DNA of 64,000 bases from Bacteroidota bacterium (GTDB taxonomy: Bacteria; Bacteroidota; Bacteroidia; Bacteroidales; UBA12077), in assembly GCA_020444275.1 (NCBI GenBank), contig JAHLLG010000005.1, positions 88,004 to 152,003 on the forward strand, read 5' to 3'. A program made the translations under genes and the position numbers. The stretch's first letter is position 1; every line of letters starts with the position of its first letter. The notes under the pieces are model-generated. The model was not told the DNA's origin, made no database searches, and saw only the letters and a program-made list of their open reading frames with translations. Positions 9,491 through 19,128 of this stretch are shown one piece after another.

Positions 9491-10339
9491 TTATATTAGA
9501 ATTCGATTTGCTTCATCGAGATGATTTAGATCAAAACTAATGATTGCCAATTCTGGTAATTCATAAGCTGCAGAAAACATAAATGTTTCATCAATTTTAT
9601 CTTTCCAGGAACCCGTTATTCTTGATGATTCATGAATATGACCATGTAAGGTTAACAAAGGTTGTTTTTCTTGTATAAAACGTTGAATTGCAATGCTTCC
9701 TACATGAACATCTGGTGCTACGTGGTCTATTATTACATCATCTAGGTCAGCTCGATCCAGGTTTGATTTATAAGGAGGTGAATGAAATAAAAATATTGCT
9801 TTTTCCAGGTTATCCTGATTAGTTAAAAGGTTAAGATCTTTATAAATAGTAGCATATTCTATATCCTCATTTTCTTTAATAGATCTTTTTCCTTCTGTTG
9901 GATGCACACATCCAGGATCAACGTACCTTGAAACATCATATCGTTCCCAATCTTTTAATAAAAAAGGTGTTGGCGGAATATTTGCATAACCATAAATTGT
10001 ATAACCCTTAAAAATTACCTTTTTATTATGAAGATATTCCCAAAGCTTCAACTCTTGCCCTGTAATAATTTTGTTTTCCTCGACCTTAGGATCGTCATTG
10101 CCTAATATGATATATACTTTTGGATATTGGTTTTTTAGTTCAGATTTAAGTACTTTAAATTTTGGAATTAAATAATCTTTAATAAAGTCATCAAACTCTG
10201 CTGTTACATAGGAACTAAAATTGGGCAAGATATCACCTCCAATAAAAAGTATATCAGGAAGTTCTTTCTTTATCTTATCAATTAATTTTTCGTATCTATC
10301 TATCTTTCCATGTAAATCAGAGACAAAAAAGCATTTCAT
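9491..10339 (-). CDS. calcineurin-like metallophosphoesterase
   Basis: Motifs SDLHG, GGDIL, GNDD, FHSPP and GHIHES. The start is 1 nt downstream of the upstream NTase stop. Confidence 0.8.
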   Translation of the reverse strand: MKCFFVSDLHGKIDRYEKLIDKIKKELPDILFIGGDILPNFSSYVTAEFDDFIKDYLIPKFKVLKSELKNQYPKVYIILGNDDPKVEENKIITGQELKLWEYLHNKKVIFKGYTIYGYANIPPTPFLLKDWERYDVSRYVDPGCVHPTEGKRSIKENEDIEYATIYKDLNLLTNQDNLEKAIFLFHSPPYKSNLDRADLDDVIIDHVAPDVHVGSIAIQRFIQEKQPLLTLHGHIHESSRITGSWKDKIDETFMFSAAYELPELAIISFDLNHLDEANRILI

Positions 10340-10340
10340 T

Positions 10341-11171
10341 TTATTCTTTCTTTTTTAACAATCTTGCAGGATTATTGATATTTCCAATCATTATTGCAAA
10401 ACTAGTTTTGTTTTTAATATCCTCATTTGTAATTATATGTAAGTCGATTAGTCCACTTTCTGTTTTGTAACCAGTGTTCTGACTATTAATCTCATCTAAA
10501 GAATAGCTCCAACCATTTATCCATGATATAAAAAGCTGTCTTTGAAATTCTGTTCCGGTGAAATGAACAAGAAGATCAATATCACTAGCGGGTCCTGCAG
10601 TTGCTTCTTTTGTGCTTCCTATAAGGTAAATGGCATTAATTCCGTAATATTTAAAATCAGTTCGGTTAACTATATTTTGTGCCATTCTAAATCTCCACTT
10701 CCAATATTCATCTTTATGCACTCCAAGATAGTACTGGTCGTTCGTTAATTCTTTTTTCTTAGATAATAAATCTATGGTTTTCTTTAGCCTGCTATTAAAA
10801 ATAAATAGGCTTAAACGATCAGCAATGGTATTCAACAATTTCTGTTCTTCTGGTAGAAATACATTTTCAGTTATCGGTAAGTCTTTATAATAAACTAATA
10901 TCTTTCCAACAATATTATTATCTACTATTAATTCAGCTGTTTGGGAAAACTCCAAACTAACTGCTTCTTGCAGAGAGAATAATTTATCTTCTAGCTCAAT
11001 AATCGCATGACAAAATGGAGGAAATTGCCAACCATTAGGTATAATATTAACAATCTTTTTAAATAACGGATAAAAATTAGTTTCTCCACCCTTTAATACA
11101 TTTTCAATATCATACAAACACTTAAGTTCTTTTGCTCTTTCTTGAAGTGGCCTAATAAACTTATAATTCAT
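10341..11171 (-). CDS. nucleotidyltransferase (Pol-beta minimal NTase fold) with an uncharacterised N-terminal sensor-like module
   Basis: C-terminal LIGSTKEATAGPASDIDLLVHF (GS...DxD). N-terminal RAKELKCLYDIENVL, IIPNGWQFPPF and VFLPEEQKLLNTIADRL. Confidence 0.7.
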   Translation of the reverse strand: MNYKFIRPLQERAKELKCLYDIENVLKGGETNFYPLFKKIVNIIPNGWQFPPFCHAIIELEDKLFSLQEAVSLEFSQTAELIVDNNIVGKILVYYKDLPITENVFLPEEQKLLNTIADRLSLFIFNSRLKKTIDLLSKKKELTNDQYYLGVHKDEYWKWRFRMAQNIVNRTDFKYYGINAIYLIGSTKEATAGPASDIDLLVHFTGTEFQRQLFISWINGWSYSLDEINSQNTGYKTESGLIDLHIITNEDIKNKTSFAIMIGNINNPARLLKKKE

Positions 11172-11430
11172 ATAATTATATTTTCGATTTATTGTTTTGA
11201 ATTACAAATTACAAAAATATTTCTAAGTATATCGATTCCTTATTGAAACTATAATGTACGTAATGTTTCTTGTTAAAGGCATTTTTACTTCTTTTTAATA
11301 TCTCTGCTTTATTGTTTTAGTAATCAGGATGCATTTATCACCATACAACGTTTCAATTATTTCTGTTGTTCTTGAAAGAATAATAGTTGTAAAAACTACA
11401 TTATTTGCTTTAAGAAATATAAGCTCTGGA

Positions 11431-11464
11431 CATAAAAAAGCCGGAAACTATATTTCCGGCTTTT
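11431..11464 (-). terminator. terminator downstream of tRNA-Met
   Basis: 12-bp stem aaaagccggaaa / tttccggctttt (11436-11447 / 11453-11464), followed by a T-run on the minus strand. Confidence 0.7.
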
Positions 11465-11470
11465 CTCTAG

Positions 11471-11543
<73 letters not shown>

Positions 11544-11580
11544 ATATATTTTAAGTACGTTTTGTTCTCAATTGCGGATG

Positions 11581-11588
11581 CAAATGTA
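11581..11588 (-). promoter_or_regulatory. -7 box TAcaTTTG for the tRNA gene
   Basis: caaatgta on the plus strand, about 38 nt upstream of the tRNA 5' end. Confidence 0.5.
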
Positions 11589-11795
11589 AGTAATGATTCA
11601 GGAAATATCAAAATTTTTTCTATTAATATTTTGTTTAATGCAATATTATTTTTGAACAGCACATGTATGCTCTTCTATATCAATTGTTAATTTATGTTAT
11701 TTTAAATCAGAAATAACAAAAACTTTTCGGTTAATTGGTTTGTTTGGGCTATTTTAGTAAGCTTAAATAAATCTGTTTTCTTTATCGAAAACTTA

Positions 11796-11803
11796 TATCT
11801 TTG
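11796..11803 (+). promoter_or_regulatory. -7 box TAtcTTTG
   Basis: Exact TAnnTTTG, 19 nt upstream of the ATG at 11822. It overlaps the TTG used by the ORF track, which argues for the ATG start. Confidence 0.5.
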
Positions 11804-11821
11804 CATTCAAATTCAAAGTTA

Positions 11822-12685
11822 ATGATTAAAGAAAAAAAGAAAAATATTGTTAACAAGCTAAAGCACAAGTATCGGTTAAGTATATATAATGATGATACTT
11901 TTGAAGAGGTTTGGTTTCTTCGGTTATCAAGGTTAAATGTTTTTTCAATAGTTGGTACAAGTGTGCTACTTTTTACTATAGCAATTATAGTTTTAATTGC
12001 TTTTACCCCTCTGAGAGAATTTATACCGGGTTATCCCGATGGCAATATGCGAAGAAATATAGTTGAAAATGTGTATAAACTGGATTCGTTAGAGCATGAA
12101 CTGGAGGTAAGAGATCGGTATTTTCAAAGTATAAATACGATTATCAGAGGAGGAACTCCCACAAGTTATGAAAACGCTCAGGACACAACTGTAACCTACG
12201 AAGATATTACCTTTGCTAAATCGGAGCACGACTCAATTTTACGACAACAAATAGAGAAGGAGGAGCTATTTAATCTTGCCATTTTAACTAACTCAGGAAG
12301 TAAAATGGATTTTTCAAGCATCCATTTTTATCCTCCGGTAAAAGGATTGGTTACCAACTCATTCAATCCGAATGAGAATCATTTTGGCACCGACATTGTT
12401 GCTGCCGCGAATAAAGTGGTTGTTGCGACTCTGGACGGAACAGTAACTATGGCCACCTGGACATTGGAAACAGGGTATGTAATTCAAATTCAGCACGAGA
12501 ATAATCTTATATCAGTATATAAACACAATTCAGAGATACTTAAAAAAGTTGGAAATCATGTGACTGCCGGAGAAGCTATTGCTATAATCGGAAATTCGGG
12601 CGAACTAACAAGTGGACCGCACTTACATTTTGAGTTATGGCATAACGGAACTGCTATCGATCCCGAAGATTATGTTGCATTTTAG
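11822..12685 (+). CDS. M23-family (LytM) peptidase, membrane-anchored
   Basis: One N-terminal TM segment. Motifs HFGTDIVAA and GPHLHFELWHNG. Confidence 0.85.
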   Translation: MIKEKKKNIVNKLKHKYRLSIYNDDTFEEVWFLRLSRLNVFSIVGTSVLLFTIAIIVLIAFTPLREFIPGYPDGNMRRNIVENVYKLDSLEHELEVRDRYFQSINTIIRGGTPTSYENAQDTTVTYEDITFAKSEHDSILRQQIEKEELFNLAILTNSGSKMDFSSIHFYPPVKGLVTNSFNPNENHFGTDIVAAANKVVVATLDGTVTMATWTLETGYVIQIQHENNLISVYKHNSEILKKVGNHVTAGEAIAIIGNSGELTSGPHLHFELWHNGTAIDPEDYVAF

Positions 12686-12713
12686 AATGAAGGAAAGAAG
12701 ACAGGAATTTTAA

Positions 12714-13865
12714 ATGAAAAAAAGAGTTGCAATACTAGGATCTACAGGTTCTATCGGAACACAAGCATTGGAAGTTATAAAAGAAAATCCTGATTATTTT
12801 GAAATTGAGGTTTTAACAGCCTACAACAATATTGAGTTGTTGGCAAAACAAGCGAACGAATTTCAACCAAACACGGTAGTTATTGCAAATGAAGATAAGT
12901 ACGATGAATTAAGTGCTTTATTGAATGATTCTGCTATTAAGATTTATGCAGGCAACGACGCCATTGCTCAGATTGTGGAGATGGATACTATCGATATTGT
13001 GTTAACGGCAATGGTAGGTTATTCAGGTTTAATACCTACAATTAATGCAATAAAATCAGGTAAAAATATTGCATTGGCAAATAAAGAAACGTTGGTTGTT
13101 GCAGGAGAGCTGGTTCAAAAATTGGCATTTCATCATAAGGTTAGTATTTATCCGGTCGATTCGGAGCACTCAGCCATATTTCAATGTTTGGTTGGCGAAG
13201 GACAAAATGCCATTGAAAAAATCATTTTAACAGCATCGGGCGGGCCGTTTAGAGGAAAAGAAATTGATTTTTTAAAAACTGCAACCAAAGAAAATGCACT
13301 CAAACATCCTAACTGGGAAATGGGGGCAAAAATTACCATCGATTCAGCAACCTTAATGAACAAAGGGTTAGAAGCTATTGAAGCGCGCTGGTTGTTTGGG
13401 CTAAATCCGAATCAGATTGAGGTGGTAGTCCATCCGCAATCGATTATTCATTCGGCAGTTCAGTTCGAAGATGGCTCTATGAAGGCGCAAATGGGATTAC
13501 CCGATATGAAATTACCAATTTTGTACGCATTAAGTTTTCCGGAACGAATCAAAACAGATTTTCCCAGATTTAGTTTTTGGGATTATCCGGAGTTGACTTT
13601 TGAGAAGCCTGATTTGAAGAGTTTCAAAAACTTAGGTTTAGCGTTTGAAGCCATGGATAAATGCGGCAATATGCCATGTATATTAAATGCTGCAAACGAA
13701 ATTGCTGTTGAGGCATTTTTACGTGACAAAATTGGATTTTGTGAAATGACAGATGTTATTGAACAAAGTATGCAAAAAATGAATTATATAAGGCATCCGG
13801 AATTGGATGATTTGATTAAAACAGATCAGGAGACAAGAGAATTTTCAAAATCATTAATAAAATAA
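12714..13865 (+). CDS. dxr: 1-deoxy-D-xylulose-5-phosphate reductoisomerase
   Basis: Motifs ILGSTGSIGTQAL, LANKE, DSEHSAIFQC and ILTASGGPF. Confidence 0.95.
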   Translation: MKKRVAILGSTGSIGTQALEVIKENPDYFEIEVLTAYNNIELLAKQANEFQPNTVVIANEDKYDELSALLNDSAIKIYAGNDAIAQIVEMDTIDIVLTAMVGYSGLIPTINAIKSGKNIALANKETLVVAGELVQKLAFHHKVSIYPVDSEHSAIFQCLVGEGQNAIEKIILTASGGPFRGKEIDFLKTATKENALKHPNWEMGAKITIDSATLMNKGLEAIEARWLFGLNPNQIEVVVHPQSIIHSAVQFEDGSMKAQMGLPDMKLPILYALSFPERIKTDFPRFSFWDYPELTFEKPDLKSFKNLGLAFEAMDKCGNMPCILNAANEIAVEAFLRDKIGFCEMTDVIEQSMQKMNYIRHPELDDLIKTDQETREFSKSLIK

Positions 13866-13881
13866 TATAAACAAAGTTTAA

Positions 13882-15204
13882 ATGGAAGTATTAGTTAAGG
13901 CAGGACAATTTTTATTAAGTATATCCATATTGGTGGTATTACACGAATTTGGACACTTTATTTTTGCTAAAATATTTAAAACCAGGGTAGAGAAGTTTTA
14001 CCTGTTTTTTAATCCATGGTTTTCGCTATTCAAATTTAGAAAGGGAGAAACAGAATATGGAATGGGATGGATCCCGTTGGGAGGATATGTTAAAATATCA
14101 GGAATGATCGACGAATCGATGGATAAGGAACAAATGAAAAAACCTCCGCAACCCTACGAGTTTCGTGCAAAAAAATCATGGAAAAGGTTACTTATCATGT
14201 TGGGTGGTGTAATTGTGAATTTTATTACCGCACTGGTAATTTATTCGGCTGTACTATATGTCTGGGGCGATTCCTATTTGCCAAATAAAAATGTTACACA
14301 CGGTGTAATGGTTGATTCGTTGGCATATGATATAGGATTAAGAAACGGAGATAAAATCGTTTCGTTAGATGGACATGAAGTAGATGGTTTTTATTCGATA
14401 CATGCCGATATTGTATTGGAAGATGTGCAGAAAATTCAGGTGGAGCGCAACGGGAAACAAGTAGATGTAGCTGTTCCGGATAGTATTATTCCACACTTAC
14501 TCAAAGCGCAAGGTTTTATTGAACCACGGGTTCCTTTTTATGTGGCTGGATTTTGGAAAGAATCACCCGCAGAGAAAGCCGGATTAGAACTGAATGATAG
14601 AATAATTGGAATTAACTCGGTTTCAACGGAATATTATGATCAATTTAGAGATGAAATATCCAATTATAAAGATTCATTAATACAGCTCACCGTATTACGA
14701 AATAATGATTCGTTGAAGTATCAGGTAAATGTATCACCAGAAGGATTTATAGGGGTTTATGCCGATAGCCCATTCCGGATTTTTGAGCTGGAAACTGTAG
14801 AATATAGTTTTATGGCTTCAATTCCAGCAGGAATTGATAAAGGTTTAGAAACATTTGGCAGTTATCTTAAGCAACTAAAACTGATATTTTCTCCTAAAAC
14901 AGAGGCGTATAAATCATTAGGTGGATTTATCACAATTGGTAAGATTTTCCCAGGAACCTGGAACTGGCAGGCATTCTGGAATTTAACTGCTTTTCTTTCC
15001 ATTATCCTGGCCATAATGAATGTTTTACCTATTCCTGCTCTAGATGGAGGACATGTAATGTTCTTGCTATACGAAATGATAACAGGTCGAAAACCAAGTG
15101 ATAAATTCCTGGAATATGCCCAAATAACTGGAATGATCCTGTTGTTGGCTTTATTGTTATATGCAAATGGGAATGATATATTTAGGCTTTTTAATAATGG
15201 ATAA
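13882..15204 (+). CDS. rseP: RIP metalloprotease RseP (site-2 protease)
   Basis: HEFGH zinc motif, PDZ region and C-terminal NVLPIPALDGGH. Confidence 0.9.
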   Translation: MEVLVKAGQFLLSISILVVLHEFGHFIFAKIFKTRVEKFYLFFNPWFSLFKFRKGETEYGMGWIPLGGYVKISGMIDESMDKEQMKKPPQPYEFRAKKSWKRLLIMLGGVIVNFITALVIYSAVLYVWGDSYLPNKNVTHGVMVDSLAYDIGLRNGDKIVSLDGHEVDGFYSIHADIVLEDVQKIQVERNGKQVDVAVPDSIIPHLLKAQGFIEPRVPFYVAGFWKESPAEKAGLELNDRIIGINSVSTEYYDQFRDEISNYKDSLIQLTVLRNNDSLKYQVNVSPEGFIGVYADSPFRIFELETVEYSFMASIPAGIDKGLETFGSYLKQLKLIFSPKTEAYKSLGGFITIGKIFPGTWNWQAFWNLTAFLSIILAIMNVLPIPALDGGHVMFLLYEMITGRKPSDKFLEYAQITGMILLLALLLYANGNDIFRLFNNG

Positions 15205-15210
15205 TTTATC

Positions 15211-15218
15211 TACATTTG
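15211..15218 (+). promoter_or_regulatory. -7 box TAcaTTTG upstream of tatA
   Basis: Exact TAnnTTTG, 24 nt before the tatA ATG. Confidence 0.45.
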
Positions 15219-15241
15219 TATAAACTAATACCATGTAAGTT

Positions 15242-15430
15242 ATGAGTACACTATTTATATTATTAGGAATGTTAGGAGGATGGGAAATTGCTCTTATTGT
15301 TCTGGTTGTATTAATAATTTTTGGTGGCAAAAAGATTCCTGAACTCATGAAAGGGCTAGGTAAAGGGATGAAAGAATTTAAAAAAGCCACTAAGGATGGT
15401 AACGAGGAAGAAGAAAGCACTGAAAAATAA
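15242..15430 (+). CDS. tatA: twin-arginine translocase subunit TatA/E
   Basis: 62 aa with a single TM and amphipathic helix ([24 protein letters not shown]). Confidence 0.85.
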   Translation: MSTLFILLGMLGGWEIALIVLVVLIIFGGKKIPELMKGLGKGMKEFKKATKDGNEEEESTEK

Positions 15431-15453
15431 TATCTCGTGTTAAGTATATAGTT

Positions 15454-15495
15454 AACCTGCTTTTACATGGTCATGTTTAAGCAGGTTTTTATTTG
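15454..15495 (+). terminator. terminator after tatA
   Basis: Stem aacctgctt / aagcaggtt (15454-15462 / 15479-15487) followed by a T-run. Confidence 0.6.
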
Positions 15496-15590
15496 TTGAT
15501 AAAAACCATATGGCTTTTTAAAGTGATTTCATGAAATAGTTTTAGATAAATGTTATTTTTACCGATCGAGGATAGATAATTTAAGATAAA

Positions 15591-16982
15591 ATGGGAAGAA
15601 ATTATTATTCATTAGTGCTGATTATTGTAATCAGTTTATTGTCCGTAACAAAATCATTTGCTGCGCTAGAGACTTCAAGTGCTATAGATCCTACAGAAAG
15701 AGAAAAGAAAGATTCTATACCTATTTACCCCGATTTAGTTTACGAATACAAAATTGCCGAGCTAAATAATCTTACTCCAATTGAACTAGAATATAACGAA
15801 CGTGTTCGCCGATATATTGATGTGTATACCATTGAGCGCAGAGAGCACTTAGCAAAAATTATAGGATTATCAGAACTGTACTTTCCATTATTTGAGGATA
15901 TGCTTGACAAATATCAGTTGCCATTGGAATTGAAATACCTGGCCATTGTGGAATCGGCTTTAGATCCACGTGCAGTCTCAAGTTCAGCAGCTGTTGGTTT
16001 ATGGCAATTTAAAATAAATACCAGTAGGATGTTCGATTTGGAAGTTAACTCATATGTTGATGAACGTTCCGATCCTTACAAATCTACCGAAGCAGCTTGC
16101 AGTTATTTACAATATCTATACCGAATATATAATGATTGGCAGTTAGCTTTGGCAGCTTACAATGGAGGACCTGGAGTTGTTCGAAACGCAATTGCCCGAT
16201 CGGGAGGGAAAACCGATTTCTGGGAAATTGAACCCTATCTTCCAGATCAAACCAATGGATATGTTCCGGCTTTTATTGCTGTTAATTATGTCATGAATCA
16301 TTACGAAGATCACAATATAAAACCTATTAAATCAAAATTTATTTATTTAGATGTTGATACGGTGAAAGTGAGCAAAGCTGTTTCGTTTAAAAGAATTAAC
16401 GAAGTAACCAAAATACCAATAGAAACATTGGAGTTTCTAAATCCATCGTATAAGTTGAATTATATTCCAAAAATGAAAGAGCAGGCAACGGTTATTTTAC
16501 CTGCAAATAAAATCAGAACATTTATACGGAACGAAAAGGCATTGTACGATGAGTCTGTTCAAGAGGAAAATTTTACGCAGGTTGCTGAAGTGGGGAAAAC
16601 CAATGGGAAAATAAAAATTGTACATGAGGTTACAAAAGGAGAATACTTCCATAAGATCGCTATTAAATATAATTGCACAATAGAAGATATTAAAATTTGG
16701 AACAGCTTGCCGACAAATGATTTAAACGTTGGCCAAAAGCTCGATATCTGGGTTGATCCTATGACAGCAAAGATAATCGAGGAAGAAAGGACAAGACCAA
16801 AACAACAAAGAGATAGTACCGATCGTTTTATTTACTATACAGTCCAAACAGGCGATACAGTTTGGAGTATTGCTGAAAAATTTAACTGCAGATCAATTTC
16901 AGAGTTGAAAGAGGAGAATAATATTGAAAATGAAAATGATCTGAAACCAGGTAAGAAATTGAAAATTTACCTTAATAAATAG
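15591..16982 (+). CDS. lytic murein transglycosylase with two LysM domains (MltD-like)
   Basis: SLT catalytic region (AIVESALDPRAVSSSAAVGLWQF, AAYNGGPG) and two C-terminal LysM repeats (H.V..GE..  IA.KY and YTVQTGDTVWSIAEKF). Confidence 0.85.
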   Translation: MGRNYYSLVLIIVISLLSVTKSFAALETSSAIDPTEREKKDSIPIYPDLVYEYKIAELNNLTPIELEYNERVRRYIDVYTIERREHLAKIIGLSELYFPLFEDMLDKYQLPLELKYLAIVESALDPRAVSSSAAVGLWQFKINTSRMFDLEVNSYVDERSDPYKSTEAACSYLQYLYRIYNDWQLALAAYNGGPGVVRNAIARSGGKTDFWEIEPYLPDQTNGYVPAFIAVNYVMNHYEDHNIKPIKSKFIYLDVDTVKVSKAVSFKRINEVTKIPIETLEFLNPSYKLNYIPKMKEQATVILPANKIRTFIRNEKALYDESVQEENFTQVAEVGKTNGKIKIVHEVTKGEYFHKIAIKYNCTIEDIKIWNSLPTNDLNVGQKLDIWVDPMTAKIIEEERTRPKQQRDSTDRFIYYTVQTGDTVWSIAEKFNCRSISELKEENNIENENDLKPGKKLKIYLNK

Positions 16983-16988
16983 TTTACT

Positions 16989-17990
16989 ATGAGAAAACTT
17001 ATCTATCTTATTATTACAGTAAGTATATTCTTATCGTCGTGCAAGGATAAGGATAGTAAAAGTTATCTTCCGAATGTAACGGGAAAATCAGGGGAGGTAA
17101 TTTTAGTTATAGATCCTGACCATTGGGCTGCAGATGCTGGCACAGCGTTTAAGAAAAAGCTAAGTCAGACATATCCTGCTTTACCTCAAAAAGAGCCCGT
17201 GTTCGATTTAGTTCATATTCCTTATGATGCTTTTTCTAGTATTTTTAAAACACACAGAAACGTAATCTTTGCCAAGATTGATAAGGATATGCATGAGCCT
17301 AAAATGATTGTTCAGAAAGATGTTTGGGCCAAACCTCAACTGGTAATTAATGTTATTGCTCCTGATGAAGAGAGTTTAGCTTCTTTAGTAGATGAAAAGG
17401 GTGATGTAATGGTAGATCGAATTATGAAAAAAGAGATGGAACGTTATGCTTCCAATTATAAGAAATATGAGGAGATTGGAATAGCAGATGCATTGGAAGA
17501 TAAATTCGGAATTCGATTAACTGTTCCTAAAGGATATACACTGGATTTGGATACTACCGATTTTGTGTGGATTGAAAGTCGCGGACGTGGAGATGCGGTA
17601 CAGGGTATTTTAGTTTATTCATATGAAAAACCGGATGTAGAGTTAACAACACCATTTTTGTTTTCCAAGCGCACGCAGTTTACAAAACGCTTTGTTCCTG
17701 GGCCAACCAGAGGATCATATATGGCAGTTGAGCGAGATTATGCTCCTTTTAGACGTGAAATTGAGGTGAACGGCATTAACGTGATAGAAATTCGCGGACT
17801 CTGGAAACTAGAGAACGATTATATGGGAGGGCCATTTATTAGTTTAACTCTGGTTGATGAAGATAAAAATAAAGTAATTACAGTCGATGCATTTGTTTAT
17901 GCACCACAATTCGATAAAAGAGATTATATACGTCAGTTAGAAGCAATTTTAAATACCATTCAAATGCCATCGAATGAGCCAGCTGATTAG
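16989..17990 (+). CDS. conserved lipoprotein (DUF4837-like, assignment from memory)
   Basis: Lipobox ITVSIFLSSCKD. Size and gene context resemble a Bacteroidota-specific family, but this is not verified. Confidence 0.5.
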   Translation: MRKLIYLIITVSIFLSSCKDKDSKSYLPNVTGKSGEVILVIDPDHWAADAGTAFKKKLSQTYPALPQKEPVFDLVHIPYDAFSSIFKTHRNVIFAKIDKDMHEPKMIVQKDVWAKPQLVINVIAPDEESLASLVDEKGDVMVDRIMKKEMERYASNYKKYEEIGIADALEDKFGIRLTVPKGYTLDLDTTDFVWIESRGRGDAVQGILVYSYEKPDVELTTPFLFSKRTQFTKRFVPGPTRGSYMAVERDYAPFRREIEVNGINVIEIRGLWKLENDYMGGPFISLTLVDEDKNKVITVDAFVYAPQFDKRDYIRQLEAILNTIQMPSNEPAD

Positions 17991-18348
17991 CAAAAGTGAT
18001 ATTGAACGCTCTAAGAAAGAGGAAAAGTTTGTTTTGCTAACAGCCGAACAAGTTCGCAAAGATTTTGCCATGTTCGGAATGGAAGTGAGGTTTTCAGGCG
18101 ATGTAACCTTTGCTTACGAAGAGTTATTTAATCAGTTAAAAGTGTATATCGAAGATTTGTTGAGTTCAGATTCTGATAAACTAATGTCGCTTTTATACCA
18201 GATTGATTTAAGCGAAAAAGAGTTGGCAAAAAATGATCCGAATGTACAGTTCGAAACCGTGCCCGAACTGGTAACTCACAAAATACTGGAACGGGAACTT
18301 AAGAAAGTATTAATTAGAACATATTTTAAGGAAAAGGGACAATCGTAG
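17974..18348 (+). CDS. hypothetical protein (124 aa)
   Basis: ORF overlapping the upstream gene by 17 nt, which suggests coupling. No motif recognised. Confidence 0.5.
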   Translation: MSQLISKSDIERSKKEEKFVLLTAEQVRKDFAMFGMEVRFSGDVTFAYEELFNQLKVYIEDLLSSDSDKLMSLLYQIDLSEKELAKNDPNVQFETVPELVTHKILERELKKVLIRTYFKEKGQS

Positions 18349-18360
18349 TCCCTTTTTTTA
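18333..18360 (+). terminator. terminator overlapping the stop codon
   Basis: Stem aagggac / gtccctt (18334-18340 / 18348-18354) followed by a T-run. Confidence 0.6.
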
Positions 18361-18389
18361 ATAAGCTAATTATTTCGTATTTTTAAAAA

Positions 18390-18809
18390 TTGAATCATAA
18401 AACTTTTATTGTGGAACAAGATATTCGTTGGCAACAGAGATTTAGTAATTTTAAGAAAGCTTTATCCCAGCTAAAAAAATTTATTGAAAAGGGAGAACTG
18501 TCAGAGCTGGAGGAGCAAGGACTAATTAAGGCATTTGAATACACCTATGAACTTGCCTGGAACACCATGAAAGATTTTTTATTATTTAAAGGACAAACTG
18601 AAATATATGGATCCAGAGATGCGGTCAGAAAGGCTTTTCAGTTAGATTTGATTGAAGATGGTGAAGCCTGGATGGATATGCTAAAGAAAAGAAATCTTAC
18701 TACACATACTTATAACAGAGATACTGCTGAAGAAGTCGTTAATGCAGTGGTGCAAAGTTATTATCCATTGTTTTTAGCATTTGAAAGTAAAATGAATACT
18801 ATGATGTAA
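18390..18809 (+). CDS. HEPN-domain nucleotidyltransferase substrate-binding protein (HI0074 family; HepT-like toxin)
   Basis: DIRWQQRFSNFKKAL N-terminus and the Rx4H HEPN motif RNLTTH. The start is non-ATG, either TTG at 18390 or GTG at 18411. Confidence 0.8.
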   Translation: MNHKTFIVEQDIRWQQRFSNFKKALSQLKKFIEKGELSELEEQGLIKAFEYTYELAWNTMKDFLLFKGQTEIYGSRDAVRKAFQLDLIEDGEAWMDMLKKRNLTTHTYNRDTAEEVVNAVVQSYYPLFLAFESKMNTMM

Positions 18810-18810
18810 A

Positions 18811-19122
18811 ATGAATTTAGTTTTTGGTTTAAAAGAGCGTGTTGTAAATCAGATAAGAGAGGTTTTTTCGCATTATCCTCAAGTTACTGAGGTTGTTATT
18901 TACGGTTCGCGTGCTATGGGTAATTTCCGAAACGGATCAGATATTGATCTTACATTAAAAGGAGATGATCTGAATCTTACAGTTCTTGGAAAGATAGATC
19001 TTGAACTGGATGATCTTTTGTTGCCTTATACTTTTGATTTATCCATTTACAATCAAATTGATAATCCCGATTTGATTGATCACATCAATCGTGTTGGAAA
19101 GGTGTTTTTTCTAAATAAATAG
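18811..19122 (+). CDS. minimal nucleotidyltransferase (MNT / MntA-like antitoxin)
   Basis: Motif YGSRAMGNFRNGSDIDL (GS-x10-DxD). Starts 1 nt after the HEPN stop. Confidence 0.85.
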   Translation: MNLVFGLKERVVNQIREVFSHYPQVTEVVIYGSRAMGNFRNGSDIDLTLKGDDLNLTVLGKIDLELDDLLLPYTFDLSIYNQIDNPDLIDHINRVGKVFFLNK

Positions 19123-19128
19123 CTTTTT

